From NCBI GenBank assembly GCA_036488555.1, contig DASXHL010000075.1:230957-254956 (forward strand): a stretch of DNA of 24,000 bases. Reading direction: 5' to 3'. Positions 1 through 7,912 of the stretch are shown one piece after another. Position 1 is the stretch's first letter. Each line of letters begins with the position of its first letter. The DNA is from Rhizomicrobium sp. (GTDB lineage: Bacteria; Pseudomonadota; Alphaproteobacteria; Micropepsales; Micropepsaceae). Below the pieces are notes generated by a model. That model was not told the DNA's origin, ran no database searches, and saw nothing but the letters and a program-made list of their open reading frames with translations. Position numbers and translations under genes: made by a program.

Positions 1-433
1 GACCGCCCGGGCCCCCGCGGGCGAGGGACTCGTGGATCAGCTGCTCTCTGACCGACATTGAAAAATGCAATAGAGGCAGGCCGGAAACCACCGCCGCAAC
101 CCGTACGGAAGGCGCAAGGTGCTGTGCAAAGCGCAGCGCGTCGCCGCGGCGCACATCCAGCCCAGGATACAGTCGTTCCAACACCAGGACGAATTGCGCT
201 TCCGCTTCGACCAGAAGAAGGCGTTCGGCAGAAATGCCGCGCGCCAAAAGCGCGGCCGTTACCGCGCCGGTGCCCGGACCCAGTTCAATCACCAGACCTT
301 CCCGGCCAATATCGACCTCACCGGCGATGGCGCGCGCCAGGCTGGGGCTCGACGGAGTCAACGCCGAAACCCCTTTGGGATTTTTGATTGCGCCCAGGAA
401 AAAGTCTCCGAAGGCGGCTGCTTCGTGTTCCAT
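1..433 (-). CDS. Class I SAM-dependent methyltransferase (COG3963 / phospholipid N-methyltransferase-like); 3' end lies outside the window
   Basis: Absent from the ORF track because it is open at the window edge. My reverse-complement translation from the ATG (cat at 431-433) reads MEHEAAAFGDFFLGAIKNPKGVSALTPSSPSLARAIAGEVDIGREGLVIELGPGTGAVTAALLARGISAERLLLVEAEAQFVLVLERLYPGLDVRRGDALRFAQHLAPSVRVAAVVSGLPLLHFSMSVREQLIHESLARGGPGG with no stop. It carries SAM motif I (ELGPGTG) and the downstream RGDA / SGLPLL pattern. Confidence 0.8.
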   Translation of the reverse strand, partial: MEHEAAAFGDFFLGAIKNPKGVSALTPSSPSLARAIAGEVDIGREGLVIELGPGTGAVTAALLARGISAERLLLVEAEAQFVLVLERLYPGLDVRRGDALRFAQHLAPSVRVAAVVSGLPLLHFSMSVREQLIHESLARGGPGG

Positions 434-640
434 GGTGGATCTCGCGTTTGACAATGCGGTGGCGCAACCCATGGTTCCATCGACCGCCCTCGCGCAAGGA
501 AATAGGTCTCCGCCGGCGAGCGGCCGGCTGGCCTTCCCAAAGATCGGTCCATGACACCTAGTGGGCGTGTCTGCGTTATGGAACCACTGCGCCGAGTTAC
601 GCGAAGCTAGCCACTTTCCCCAAACCGCTTACTGCCTGAG

Positions 641-1314
641 ATGCTCGAAATACCCTCTGTCTTGGCGAAAGACGCTTGTGAAGCGGCCCAAACGGCGGGA
701 CTGCGATATGTCATCGATGACACGCGCGGCATAGCGAGACTGGGTGCCCCGCGACGATTTCGCTACCGGAATGCACAAGGAAAGCCGGTACATGACAAGA
801 AAACGCTGGACCGTATTCGCAAGCTTGCCATTCCGCCGGCCTGGCGCGACGTGTGGATCGCCACACCCGCCAAGGCGCATCTCCAGGCTACGGGGGGGAT
901 GAAAAAGGGCGAAAACAGTATCGTTATCACCCGGAATTCATCGCCATTCGCGACAGCGCCAAATTTCCTCATCTGGTGGAATTTGCCGAGGCCTTGCCGG
1001 CGTTGCGCAAGCGCCTCAGGAATGATCTTCGCCGGCGGGGCCTGCCTAGGCAAAAAGTCATGGCCGTCATTGTCACGCTTTTGGAAGAAACGCTGATTCG
1101 AGTGGGCAATGAGGACTACGTTCGAGCTAATGCCAGTTTTGGCTTGACGACATTGCGCAATCGGCATGTCCACGTGCGAGGCGAGGCGTTGACTTTTCAG
1201 TTCAAGGGCAAGAGCGGTAAAATCTGGGGTCCGTCCATCCATGACCGCAGGGTCGCGAAGGTCGTTGCCTCGTGCCAGGAATTGCCGGGCCAGCACCTGT
1301 TTAAATATCGCGAC
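641..1314 (+). pseudogene. DNA topoisomerase IB, frameshifted in a G7 run and truncated at the 3' end
   Basis: ORF 641.. reads MLEIPS..AGLRYVIDDTRGIARLG..RFRYRN..LDRIRKLAIPPAWRDVWIA..HLQATGG. The +1-shifted ORF continues GGDEKGRKQYRYHPEF..RDSAKFPHLVEFAEALPALRKRLRNDL..GLPRQKVMAVIVTLLEETLIRVGNEDYVRANASFGLTTLRNRHV..FQFKGKSGK..DRRVAKVVASCQELPGQHLFKYRD. Together these are the N-terminal two-thirds of bacterial topo IB. The frame switches inside ggggggg at 892-898. Family-like sequence stops near 1314, after which the ORF reads unrelated WNLIIMGEKAER.. to the stop at 1446. The Tyr-bearing catalytic C-terminal third is absent. Confidence 0.75.
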
Positions 1315-1513
1315 TGGAACCTCATCATTATGGGGGAAAAGGCTGAAAGGGATATGGTTGCGGAAATGGCGGGAAAGAGTGCCAATAGCACAAAAAAAGT
1401 AACACCGGCTGCCAGTGTCGGGATGCGATCCTCCGCAAATTCATAATAGATCCGCTTCTACAGGGACCAAAAGCTTCGAGGTGGTTGGCGGCCCGAAATA
1501 CCCAATCCGTCCA

Positions 1514-1795
1514 TTAGCGGACCATACGCAATGCTATGGCGAGCAGGACAATTGCGATCGCAGCATAGGATAGGCCGAGAACAAAGTCGGCTCTCGCCAT
1601 GCCTATCGTCGGTACCAAAGCGTGCCAGAGCGAGGATGCGAAATAGGCCAGGCCCACGATCACGCACGCGACTCCCGCTGCGGCGAGACACCCCGCGATC
1701 AAAAGTCGATTCAGCTGGTTTTTAACTGCTGCTAGCGCGGGTTCCGTGAGACGAACCGCCATCGGCTTCAGGAATGCGAGTAGATGGGCCCTCAT
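1514..1795 (-). CDS. Small two-TM membrane protein, YqjE / phage-holin-3_6-like (tentative)
   Basis: ORF 1514..1837 (-). The ATG at 1795 gives MRAHLLAFLKPMAVRLTEPALAAVKNQLNRLLIAGCLAAAGVACVIVGLAYFASSLWHALVPTIGMARADFVLGLSYAAIAIVLLAIALRMVR: an amphipathic N-terminus followed by two hydrophobic spans. A TTG at 1837 is an alternative start. The family call rests on architecture only. Confidence 0.55.
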   Translation of the reverse strand: MRAHLLAFLKPMAVRLTEPALAAVKNQLNRLLIAGCLAAAGVACVIVGLAYFASSLWHALVPTIGMARADFVLGLSYAAIAIVLLAIALRMVR

Positions 1796-2194
1796 CGAGC
1801 GCTGCCTGGGATCGCAATTCGCAACGCCCTGAAGCAAAGTCGGTTCCGATTTCGTTCAGTGGCCGGCCTTCTGCCGGTCTAAGCGAGTCAATCGTCCAAG
1901 TCGTTCGGCGTGAGAGCCGGCATTGGCATGTGAGGGTCTGCGCTAAACAAAAGTCTCGTCGCATCTAAGCGGCGGGGCTTGGTCGCTGCTGCGTGAAGGG
2001 GCGGAGATTACGCCGGAATCCCAAGAAAACGTTGTGTTTGGAAAACCGTTCCGATGGAACGCGTCACCCAATCGGCAATTGTAACCATATGGCAATTGCC
2101 CGCGTAATTCATGTTTTTGCGCGAAGCGACGACGTTCAGCGGGATGCCGCATGCTCAGGCGCAAACCTTGTCCTGCAAGGGGATAAAATAGTTG

Positions 2195-2443
2195 ATGATT
2201 GAGCCTGAAAAGGATGACTGGCTTCACGAGCGAGGCTGTCTCGAGTTCAATCGTGGCGGTGTATTTGCCGTAGCAGCAAGCAGTCACGTGGATTTGTTTT
2301 GTGACTGTCACCACTTCACCGAGCCCAAAATCCTGGATAATGGGACCGATATTGCGTGGCCGGCGGGATGGACCGAAGAGCAAGCCAGGGAATGGCGGGG
2401 GAGGCACAATCTTACTAGACCTGAAGCCCAGTCAGCGGTGTGA
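2195..2443 (+). CDS. Hypothetical small protein (unrecognised)
   Basis: ORF 2192..2443 has non-repetitive, protein-like composition (..DDWLHERGCLEFNRGGVF..GTDIAWPAGWTEEQAREWRGRHNL..) and a weak purine-rich stretch (aagggga) upstream. I recognise no family. Confidence 0.3.
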   Translation: MIEPEKDDWLHERGCLEFNRGGVFAVAASSHVDLFCDCHHFTEPKILDNGTDIAWPAGWTEEQAREWRGRHNLTRPEAQSAV

Positions 2444-2806
2444 ACGATGGGCAATTGGCGCCCCTGGCGGCCCAATCATTCACTTGGTGTAGAAACAGTT
2501 GGTACGGAATGGGAAGGGACGTACCTCCCTCTCCGGATGAAAACCCCACGCGACCAGGGGGCGCATGCATATGCGCCACGATCTGTGAGGCGGTGCGATT
2601 TCCAGTGCGCAACGGATCTTTTAGCAATTGCAAAGCTGTGAATCCGAGAGTTCCTCCCAGATCATCGCCATAGAAGGAGGGGGCCAACCCGGGTCACTTG
2701 GCGGTCCATGTGGACCGGCCAAATTGTGGTTCTGGTGACAGATTGCGCATTTGGCTCCATCATTCGGAAAGCGGAAAATTGAATGGTATTGGATTCGTCG
2801 GGACAC
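2415..2806 (-). pseudogene. Class I c-type cytochrome (c2/c550-like) remnant, frameshifted, no signal peptide
   Basis: ORF 2621..2806 (-) contains ..FPNDGAKCAICHQNHNLAGPHGPP.. with heme motif CAICH encoded at 2735-2749 and the N-x-x-GP spacing seen after CxxCH in small alphaproteobacterial cytochromes c. The adjacent-frame ORF 2415..2687 (-) continues ..SFYGDDLGGTLGFTALQLLKDPLRTGN.., resembling ..YSYSDA..W..L..YLKDPK..PGTKM. The frame change falls near the C-run around 2690, and no N-terminal signal sequence is present. Confidence 0.5.
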
Positions 2807-2857
2807 TGCGGGGAATGATGTCGTTTAGCAGGAGAGGTTAAATCCAGGAGCGCATAG

Positions 2858-3238
2858 ATGACAGAGCTTCCGCAAGCGCATGCCGAGGCAAATCCAGAGC
2901 AACCAGAACCGGTGGCAGCGGCGGGGCCGCGCCGTCAGGAAAACCTGGAGTTTTTGGATGAGAACAGGAACAGCCCCCTATTGCCGGAACAACAATGCAT
3001 GAGCTTGAATAAGGAATGGCAGGCTATTCAAGTCAAATTCGTTGATTCTCCTCGCAGCTCTGTTGAGGAGGCCGATGCGCTGGTTAGAAAAACAATCGAA
3101 ACACTAGCCAACTCATTTGGAGAAATGCGCGCCTCTCTCGACAAGGCCTGGGAAACGGACAGGGAAGTCTCGACGGAAGAGCTGCGCTTGGCATTCCAAA
3201 ACTATAGGTCGTTCTTTCAGAGACTCTTGTCGATTTAG
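2858..3238 (+). CDS. Conserved hypothetical protein (126 aa)
   Basis: An AGGAG at 2846-2850 lies 7 nt before the ATG. The sequence ..EWQAIQVKFVDSPRSSVEEADALVRKTIETLANSFGEMRASLDKAWETDREVSTEELRLAFQNYRSFFQRLLSI matches my recollection of a widespread uncharacterised family (W..IQ..FVD.PR..V..AD.LV ... STE.LR.A...YR.FF.RLL). Confidence 0.8.
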   Translation: MTELPQAHAEANPEQPEPVAAAGPRRQENLEFLDENRNSPLLPEQQCMSLNKEWQAIQVKFVDSPRSSVEEADALVRKTIETLANSFGEMRASLDKAWETDREVSTEELRLAFQNYRSFFQRLLSI

Positions 3239-3772
3239 GTCAGGAGGGGAGATTGCTGTTCCTCCGTGGCGTAGATTTGCGCCGGTCCACCTGCGGTGCA
3301 ATTCTGTCGCGTTTCGGTTGTTGGTTTCTTTTGAGGGGCCGAGCATGTCGTGTTTTTCATTTCTGGTGGGGCATCGCCCGCGTCTCCGATCCCAAAGAAG
3401 ATCTGATGGCGGTCGACCGCGCCTTCGCCAGCGTGTCGTTGGGGAGAGTTTACGACCAAGCGTATATCCCCAATCTGGCGTTCGGTAGGTAGACTTTCAC
3501 CGGTACTGCGCCAATCAAGAATAAAGCAGATGCGGTCCAGCGTCTCAACGATCCCAAAGGTCCGCATAGCGATCCCAAAACCAAAACACCTGGGTGTCCG
3601 ATACCGGTGAAGTTTCTGGCGATGGCACGTTGGGCTGGACCGAAGGGCACTCCAGCCATATTGGACCAGGCGTCAGCACGACCGGTGGTTATATCCCCGG
3701 AACTCCCCCGGGCAATGCCGATGGAGCAAAGGCCACGGCCAGCCATTACTCCGTAGATTGGTGTCGACGGAG

Positions 3773-5197
3773 CTAACTGGGGGGCATTCTTGCGGTAAGT
3801 TGCACATCGGCAGGTTCGGGATTGAGTTCTTCCAGGCTCTTGCCTTTGGTTTCCGGCAACATGGCGATGGTGATGCCGATGCCCAGAAGGCTGACCAGGG
3901 CGGCAACCGACTCCGCACCCAAAAGGCCTTTCCAGCTCATCAGAATGGGAAACAGGAAGACGCCGACAAAGCCACCCAGCTTGCCGGCCGACGCAGCGAT
4001 GCCGTGCCCCGTGGTGCGGCCCATCACCGGGAAAAGCTCGGCCGGATAGACGAAGGTGGTCGCGTTGGGCCCAAATTCGGTGAAGAAGTAGCTGATGCCG
4101 TAGAGGATCAGGAATGGCACCACCAGCTTCTCCACATTGGGAATGAAGGCCAGCGCCGCGAAAGTCACCGCCATCATGGCAAAGCCCAGAATCTGGATGG
4201 ACTTGCGCCCCATGCGGTCGATCATGGCGGCCGCCAGGAAATAGCCGGGTGCGGCGGCGACCGCAAAGACGGCAAGCTGCATCAGGGTCTTGTTGATCAG
4301 GCTGGCCTTGGGTGCGATCGCCGACAGCACCAGCGGGCTGCACACCGTGTTGCCGTAATAAGCAAAATCCATCACGAACCAGGCGGCGGAAGCGCCGATC
4401 AGCCGGATAAGGAAGCGGTGGTTCTGGACCAGAAGCTGGAAACCTTGCCAAAAGCCGCTGCCTCCATTGGAGGGCGCATTTTCTTGCGCGACGTGAGCCG
4501 GGCTTTTTCCCAACACGCCGGAGGCGGAGTTGTGAAACTGGTCACACTGTCCACTCGCCAGAAGATAGCGTGGCGTTTCCGCCATATGGCGGCGCATCTG
4601 GAACACGGCGAGCGCCGGGATCGCGCCGAAGGCGAGCAACAAGCGCCAAATCAGATCGTGCGACAGCTCTGTCATCAGCAGCAGCGAGGCCATCAGCGGG
4701 CCGAAGATCAGGCCGGCCGCCTGCATCGCGAACACCAGGGTAACCATCATGCCGCGGTTCCGCTTGCCGGCGTATTCCGACATGATGGTCGAGCTGACCG
4801 GATAGTCGCCGCCGATGCCGACGCCCAAAATGGCGCGAAAGCCAATCAGCCACCAAATGTTCGGCGCAAAGGCCGAGGCGATGGCGCCGGCCGCCAGGAA
4901 CAGAATCTCATAACCATAGATGCGCTTCCTGCCCAGCATGTCGGCCACGCGCCCGAACAGAACGGCGCCAATGGCAGACGCAAGCAGGGCGGTGGAATTG
5001 ACCAAGCCTTCCTCGACCGAGGAGACATGCCATTGTTCCTTGAGTAGAGACATCACCACGCCGATGATGAAAAGATCATAGGCGTCGGTGAAAAACCCCA
5101 TGCCCGAGATGAACAGGATCTTCCAGTGGTGCCGGGTGATGGGCGCCTCATCGAGACGCTTGAGCATTTCGCCGTCGGCGGCGCTGGTATCGGTCAT
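3773..5197 (-). CDS. MFS transporter, PHS (Pho84-like inorganic phosphate:H+ symporter) family
   Basis: 474-aa ORF with 12-TM MFS architecture. PHS-type motifs are present: ..FFTDAYDLFIIGVV.., ..FGRVADMLGRKRIYGYE.., ..GVGIGGDYPVSSTIMSEYAGKRNRG.., ..PAELFPVMGRTTGHGIAASAGKLGGF... Confidence 0.88.
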   Translation of the reverse strand: MTDTSAADGEMLKRLDEAPITRHHWKILFISGMGFFTDAYDLFIIGVVMSLLKEQWHVSSVEEGLVNSTALLASAIGAVLFGRVADMLGRKRIYGYEILFLAAGAIASAFAPNIWWLIGFRAILGVGIGGDYPVSSTIMSEYAGKRNRGMMVTLVFAMQAAGLIFGPLMASLLLMTELSHDLIWRLLLAFGAIPALAVFQMRRHMAETPRYLLASGQCDQFHNSASGVLGKSPAHVAQENAPSNGGSGFWQGFQLLVQNHRFLIRLIGASAAWFVMDFAYYGNTVCSPLVLSAIAPKASLINKTLMQLAVFAVAAAPGYFLAAAMIDRMGRKSIQILGFAMMAVTFAALAFIPNVEKLVVPFLILYGISYFFTEFGPNATTFVYPAELFPVMGRTTGHGIAASAGKLGGFVGVFLFPILMSWKGLLGAESVAALVSLLGIGITIAMLPETKGKSLEELNPEPADVQLTARMPPS

Positions 5198-5340
5198 TTC
5201 GTAATCCAGGTTTGGTTAGGCAACGCCGGAGTCGCGGCCATGTTCGCGGGTGTCAAAGAAAATTCACAAATGACCAAGACTCGGACCGGAACCTTGATAG
5301 CGCCCGATACTATCGCTGCGACGACCTTTCAAAGGCACCC

Positions 5341-6819
5341 ATGGCCTCTCGCGATATCGGTCCCATCCTGAAGTCCCTGCGCGGCATAACCACGGATGTT
5401 GAGCAGGAAGCCGATCGTCTGATGAAGGCGTGGCGTCCTCATATTGACCGGGACGCGTTTCGTCCCAGTGCCCAGAACCTGGCGCGTTATGTGGCGTTAC
5501 GCCATCACGATCTTCGTCCGCTGCAGAGAAAGTTGGCCCGCTTCGGCCTTTCCTCGCTGGGGCGCTTGGAAAGCCGCGTCGCACCCACCCTTGCCGCCGT
5601 TACCGCGTCGCTTGCCGTTCTTGGCGAAGTAGCCCGGAAAGAGCGCCATCCACCCGCAAGCGCATTCTTCGCCGGCGAGCGGAGGCTGGCTGCCGAGGCG
5701 CGGGCGATTTTCGGGCCCGTCGATCATGAAGCCAATGTTGCCCTGTTGGTGACCTGTCCCGCCGTGGCGGCGGCTGATCCGGACTTTATGATGGAGCTAG
5801 CGAAGCGTCGTATCGAAGCCGTGCGCATCAACTGCGCCCATGACGACGCTGACACCTGGGCCCGGATGGTGGCGCATCTGCGCGCCGCCTGCGCCTCGAC
5901 CGGGCATAGTATTAAGGTCTTCATGGATTTGGCCGGTCCAAAAATCCGCACCGGCAAAGTGCAGTCGCACAAGCACGAGAAAGCGCACAAAGGCGATCTG
6001 CTGGTTATGACCGCGGTGGGCGGTTTTGGCGCGATCAAATGCGACAAGCACCACATCGCCGTGGAGTGCACGCTTGCCGAGGTGCTTTTGGCCGCCACGC
6101 CCGGCGACCGGGTCTTTGTCGATGACGGCAAGCTAGGCGCGGAAATCGAGGCCCGCAAACCATGGGGTCTGGTTGCCCGTGTGACGCTGGCTAAGGAAAC
6201 CGGTGTTCATCTGAAATCGGAGAAGGCGTTAAACTTTCCGGATACCGCCCTCGACATTCCTGCCCTGACCGATGCGGACCGCGAGGCTCTACCTTTTGTC
6301 GCCGAGCATGCGGACGGAATAGAATTCTCGTTCGTGCAGTCGGCGGACGATGTCCGCCAGCTCCAGGAGGCGCTTTGCGAACTCAGGCCCGATAACTGGC
6401 GAGAAAAGATCCTGGTGCTCAAGATCGAAACCGCGCAGGGCGTCGTCAATCTTCCCGACATTTTGGTTCAGGCTGCCGGACGACAGCCAACCGCAATCAT
6501 GATCGCTCGCGGCGATCTTTCGGTCGAGATCGGTTTTGCCCGCACGGCGGAAGTCCAGGAGGAACTGCTTTGGCTGGCCGAGGCGGCATCTGTCCCCTCT
6601 ATTTGGGCGACACAGGTCTTGGAGAAGCTGGTCAAATCAGGCACGCCGTCTCGCGGCGAAATGACGGATGCGGCCATGGCGGCCAGGGCGGAATGCGTCA
6701 TGCTCAACAAGGGGCCGCATCTGCTGGAAGCGATAGATCAGCTCAGACTTCTGTTCGGCCGGATGGAGGATCATCAGCACAAGAAATTCGCCAAACTCCG
6801 CCGGCTGCATAGCTGGTAA
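5341..6819 (+). CDS. Pyruvate-kinase-like protein: PK barrel plus cap domain, ~185-aa N-terminal extension, no PK C-terminal domain
   Basis: PK-family blocks are readable: VRINCAHD.., ..FMDLAGPKIRTGKV.., ..LTDADREALPFV..GIEFSFVQSADDV.., ..LKIETAQGV.., ..IMIARGDLSVEIG.., ..IWATQVLEKLVKSGTPSRGEMTDAA..ECVMLNKG... The protein ends about 35 aa later. I prefer the ATG at 5341 (MASRDIG.., AAAGG 5 nt upstream) over the TTG at 5212 used by the track. Confidence 0.8.
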   Translation: MASRDIGPILKSLRGITTDVEQEADRLMKAWRPHIDRDAFRPSAQNLARYVALRHHDLRPLQRKLARFGLSSLGRLESRVAPTLAAVTASLAVLGEVARKERHPPASAFFAGERRLAAEARAIFGPVDHEANVALLVTCPAVAAADPDFMMELAKRRIEAVRINCAHDDADTWARMVAHLRAACASTGHSIKVFMDLAGPKIRTGKVQSHKHEKAHKGDLLVMTAVGGFGAIKCDKHHIAVECTLAEVLLAATPGDRVFVDDGKLGAEIEARKPWGLVARVTLAKETGVHLKSEKALNFPDTALDIPALTDADREALPFVAEHADGIEFSFVQSADDVRQLQEALCELRPDNWREKILVLKIETAQGVVNLPDILVQAAGRQPTAIMIARGDLSVEIGFARTAEVQEELLWLAEAASVPSIWATQVLEKLVKSGTPSRGEMTDAAMAARAECVMLNKGPHLLEAIDQLRLLFGRMEDHQHKKFAKLRRLHSW

Positions 6820-6883
6820 ATCCCCGACGCACTGGGGCATGATAAAAGATGCAGGCCGCGCTACGGTTCGATGTCTGTTATGT

Positions 6884-7181
6884 CTACACCTGACCCAACC
6901 GGTTTGTCTGCTGACGGAAGCTCAGCACAAGGCTTGGACGCCGGGGGAAGTAGAGGATGCTCTCATTGCAGAGATCCAGTAAGGATGGAGCTTTGGAGAT
7001 GGTCGCTAAAGGAGCCTGACAGACACCTCGGCGCATCAGCTAAGATGAAGCCCACATTCTACACCTGTTCGTTCAGGCGCACGGTTTGTTCTGGGCCCCG
7101 AACATCTACGATGGTGCTTAAGATCACGTCGAATTGTCGATTTTCCGAGCTTTCGAGAAGGTCGGAAGTCGGGCCTGCTCG
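6884..7181 (-). pseudogene. LysR-type regulator fragment (effector-domain pieces in two frames, no HTH)
   Basis: My translation of the minus strand gives two pieces. Piece 1 (7181-7059) is ..PTSDLLESSENRQFDVILSTIVDVRGPEQTVRLNEQV*. Piece 2 (7039-6884, different frame) is ..VCQAPLATISKAPSLLDLCNESILYFPRRPSLVLSFRQQTNRLGQV*. Their order and pattern resemble LysR RD-I (..L..G.lDlaI......L..E.l / ..HPLA....l.DL..E.li.fpr.s..R..l......G). No start codon, HTH or C-terminal part is present. Confidence 0.35.
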
Positions 7182-7201
7182 TTATGGCGCGCGCCCCATC
7201 G

Positions 7202-7585
7202 TCAATCCGTCCCGATCCACCGCGCCGCAGCCTCCGCAGTATCCTCGGGACGGGTGTTGAATGCGATAGCGGCTTTGGGAGCGCCCTCGTGAATGGCGTT
7301 CACGACCCTCTCGAAGAACGGTAGGCTCTTGGGCGGAAGGCGCAGGCCGCCCCCGATCACGACGCAGTCGTAGGTCGCTTCCGCCAACTGCGCAGCTAGC
7401 ATCGCTATGCCGCTGTTGTCGGGTGCGATCATGCAGAGGTCGCCGTCCCAGCCGCGCTCGGTCATCGTCGTCATCGCGATATCGATGCCCGCCTGGATTT
7501 TTTCGGCATTGAACCCTGGCGGTAGGGACGGGTCGGAAAAGTCGACGGTTTCGGGCTTCTGCCCGACAAACAATACGCGTGTCAT
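7202..7585 (-). CDS. Hypothetical protein (127 aa), small alpha/beta-like
   Basis: An AAGGAG lies 7 nt upstream of the ATG at 7585 (rc context caaaggagtttgatcATGacacgc). The protein reads MTRVLFVGQKPETVDFSDPSLPPGFNAEKIQAGIDIAMTTMTERGWDGDLCMIAPDNSG..YDCVVIGGGLRLPPKSLPFFERVVNAIHEGAPKAAIAFNTRPEDTAEAAARWI. The track start at 7591 is a TTG two codons upstream. Confidence 0.7.
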   Translation of the reverse strand: MTRVLFVGQKPETVDFSDPSLPPGFNAEKIQAGIDIAMTTMTERGWDGDLCMIAPDNSGIAMLAAQLAEATYDCVVIGGGLRLPPKSLPFFERVVNAIHEGAPKAAIAFNTRPEDTAEAAARWIGTD

Positions 7586-7884
7586 GATCAAACTCCTTTG
7601 GGTGCGTGGAGGGAAACTAAGCCAAGTTCAAGCTGCCCGCGCCGAGCGCAAGTGCGCCAGAGCTGGAGGGCAACGGAATGAATCAACGCCGGTTTCGTTG
7701 CAGATTAAAAAATATACGTAGCGGCATAGAGATCCGAGTCCAGGAAATTGGGATGATGCACGACTTGCTGCGAGCGGCTGGACTGCGGCGATAACAGCAG
7801 GAATGGCATGAGCTGGAACTAAGCGGCGAACGCTAGCAATAGTATCCGAAGGCGCCGCTCCGCTTAGAAATTGAAGTCGATTAA

Positions 7885-7903
7885 GCCGATAATTTGCATC
7901 GGC
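7885..7903. repeat. Dyad element GCCGAT-aatttgc-ATCGGC; left copy of a GCCGATAATTTG direct repeat
   Basis: Read directly: gccgataatttgcatcggc, with perfect 6-bp inverted arms. The first 12 nt are identical to 16631-16642. Confidence 0.5.
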
Positions 7904-7912
7904 GAAGCTCCG

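Noticed and set aside
472-586. 9-bp inverted repeat TGGTTCCAT / ATGGAACCA in the methyltransferase/topo IB spacer, and the CCGGTACGT direct 9-mer at 9432 and 9513
   Set aside because: Repeats this short, at these distances, are expected by chance in spacers of this size, and no supporting context exists.
3235-3772. 110-aa minus ORF (3235..3567) and Gly/Thr-rich plus frame (3594..3776) in the gap between convergent genes
   Set aside because: I found no RBS and no family resemblance I can defend. I briefly considered VOC/glyoxalase-like and beta-barrel-like readings, and neither holds beyond a few residues. The region is left unassigned.
3758-5047. 429-aa plus-strand ORF (and 3450..4451 minus, 333 aa) overlapping the phosphate transporter
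   Set aside because: It is antisense or out-of-frame to a gene with clear MFS motifs. Composition is Arg/Gly/His/Gln-rich with no recognisable domains, the typical shadow ORF of GC-rich DNA.
5250-5267. Pho-box-like gTGTCAaagaaaATTCAc in the transporter/PK-like divergent spacer
   Set aside because: Only the first half-site resembles CTGTCAT. The second matches 3-4 of 7 positions at 11-bp phase. This is too weak to call without a species-specific PhoB matrix.
7819-7867. CTAAGCGG ... CCGCTTAG inverted repeat with a 33-nt loop
   Set aside because: The stem is weak, there is no U-tract and no adjacent gene end. It is probably fortuitous.
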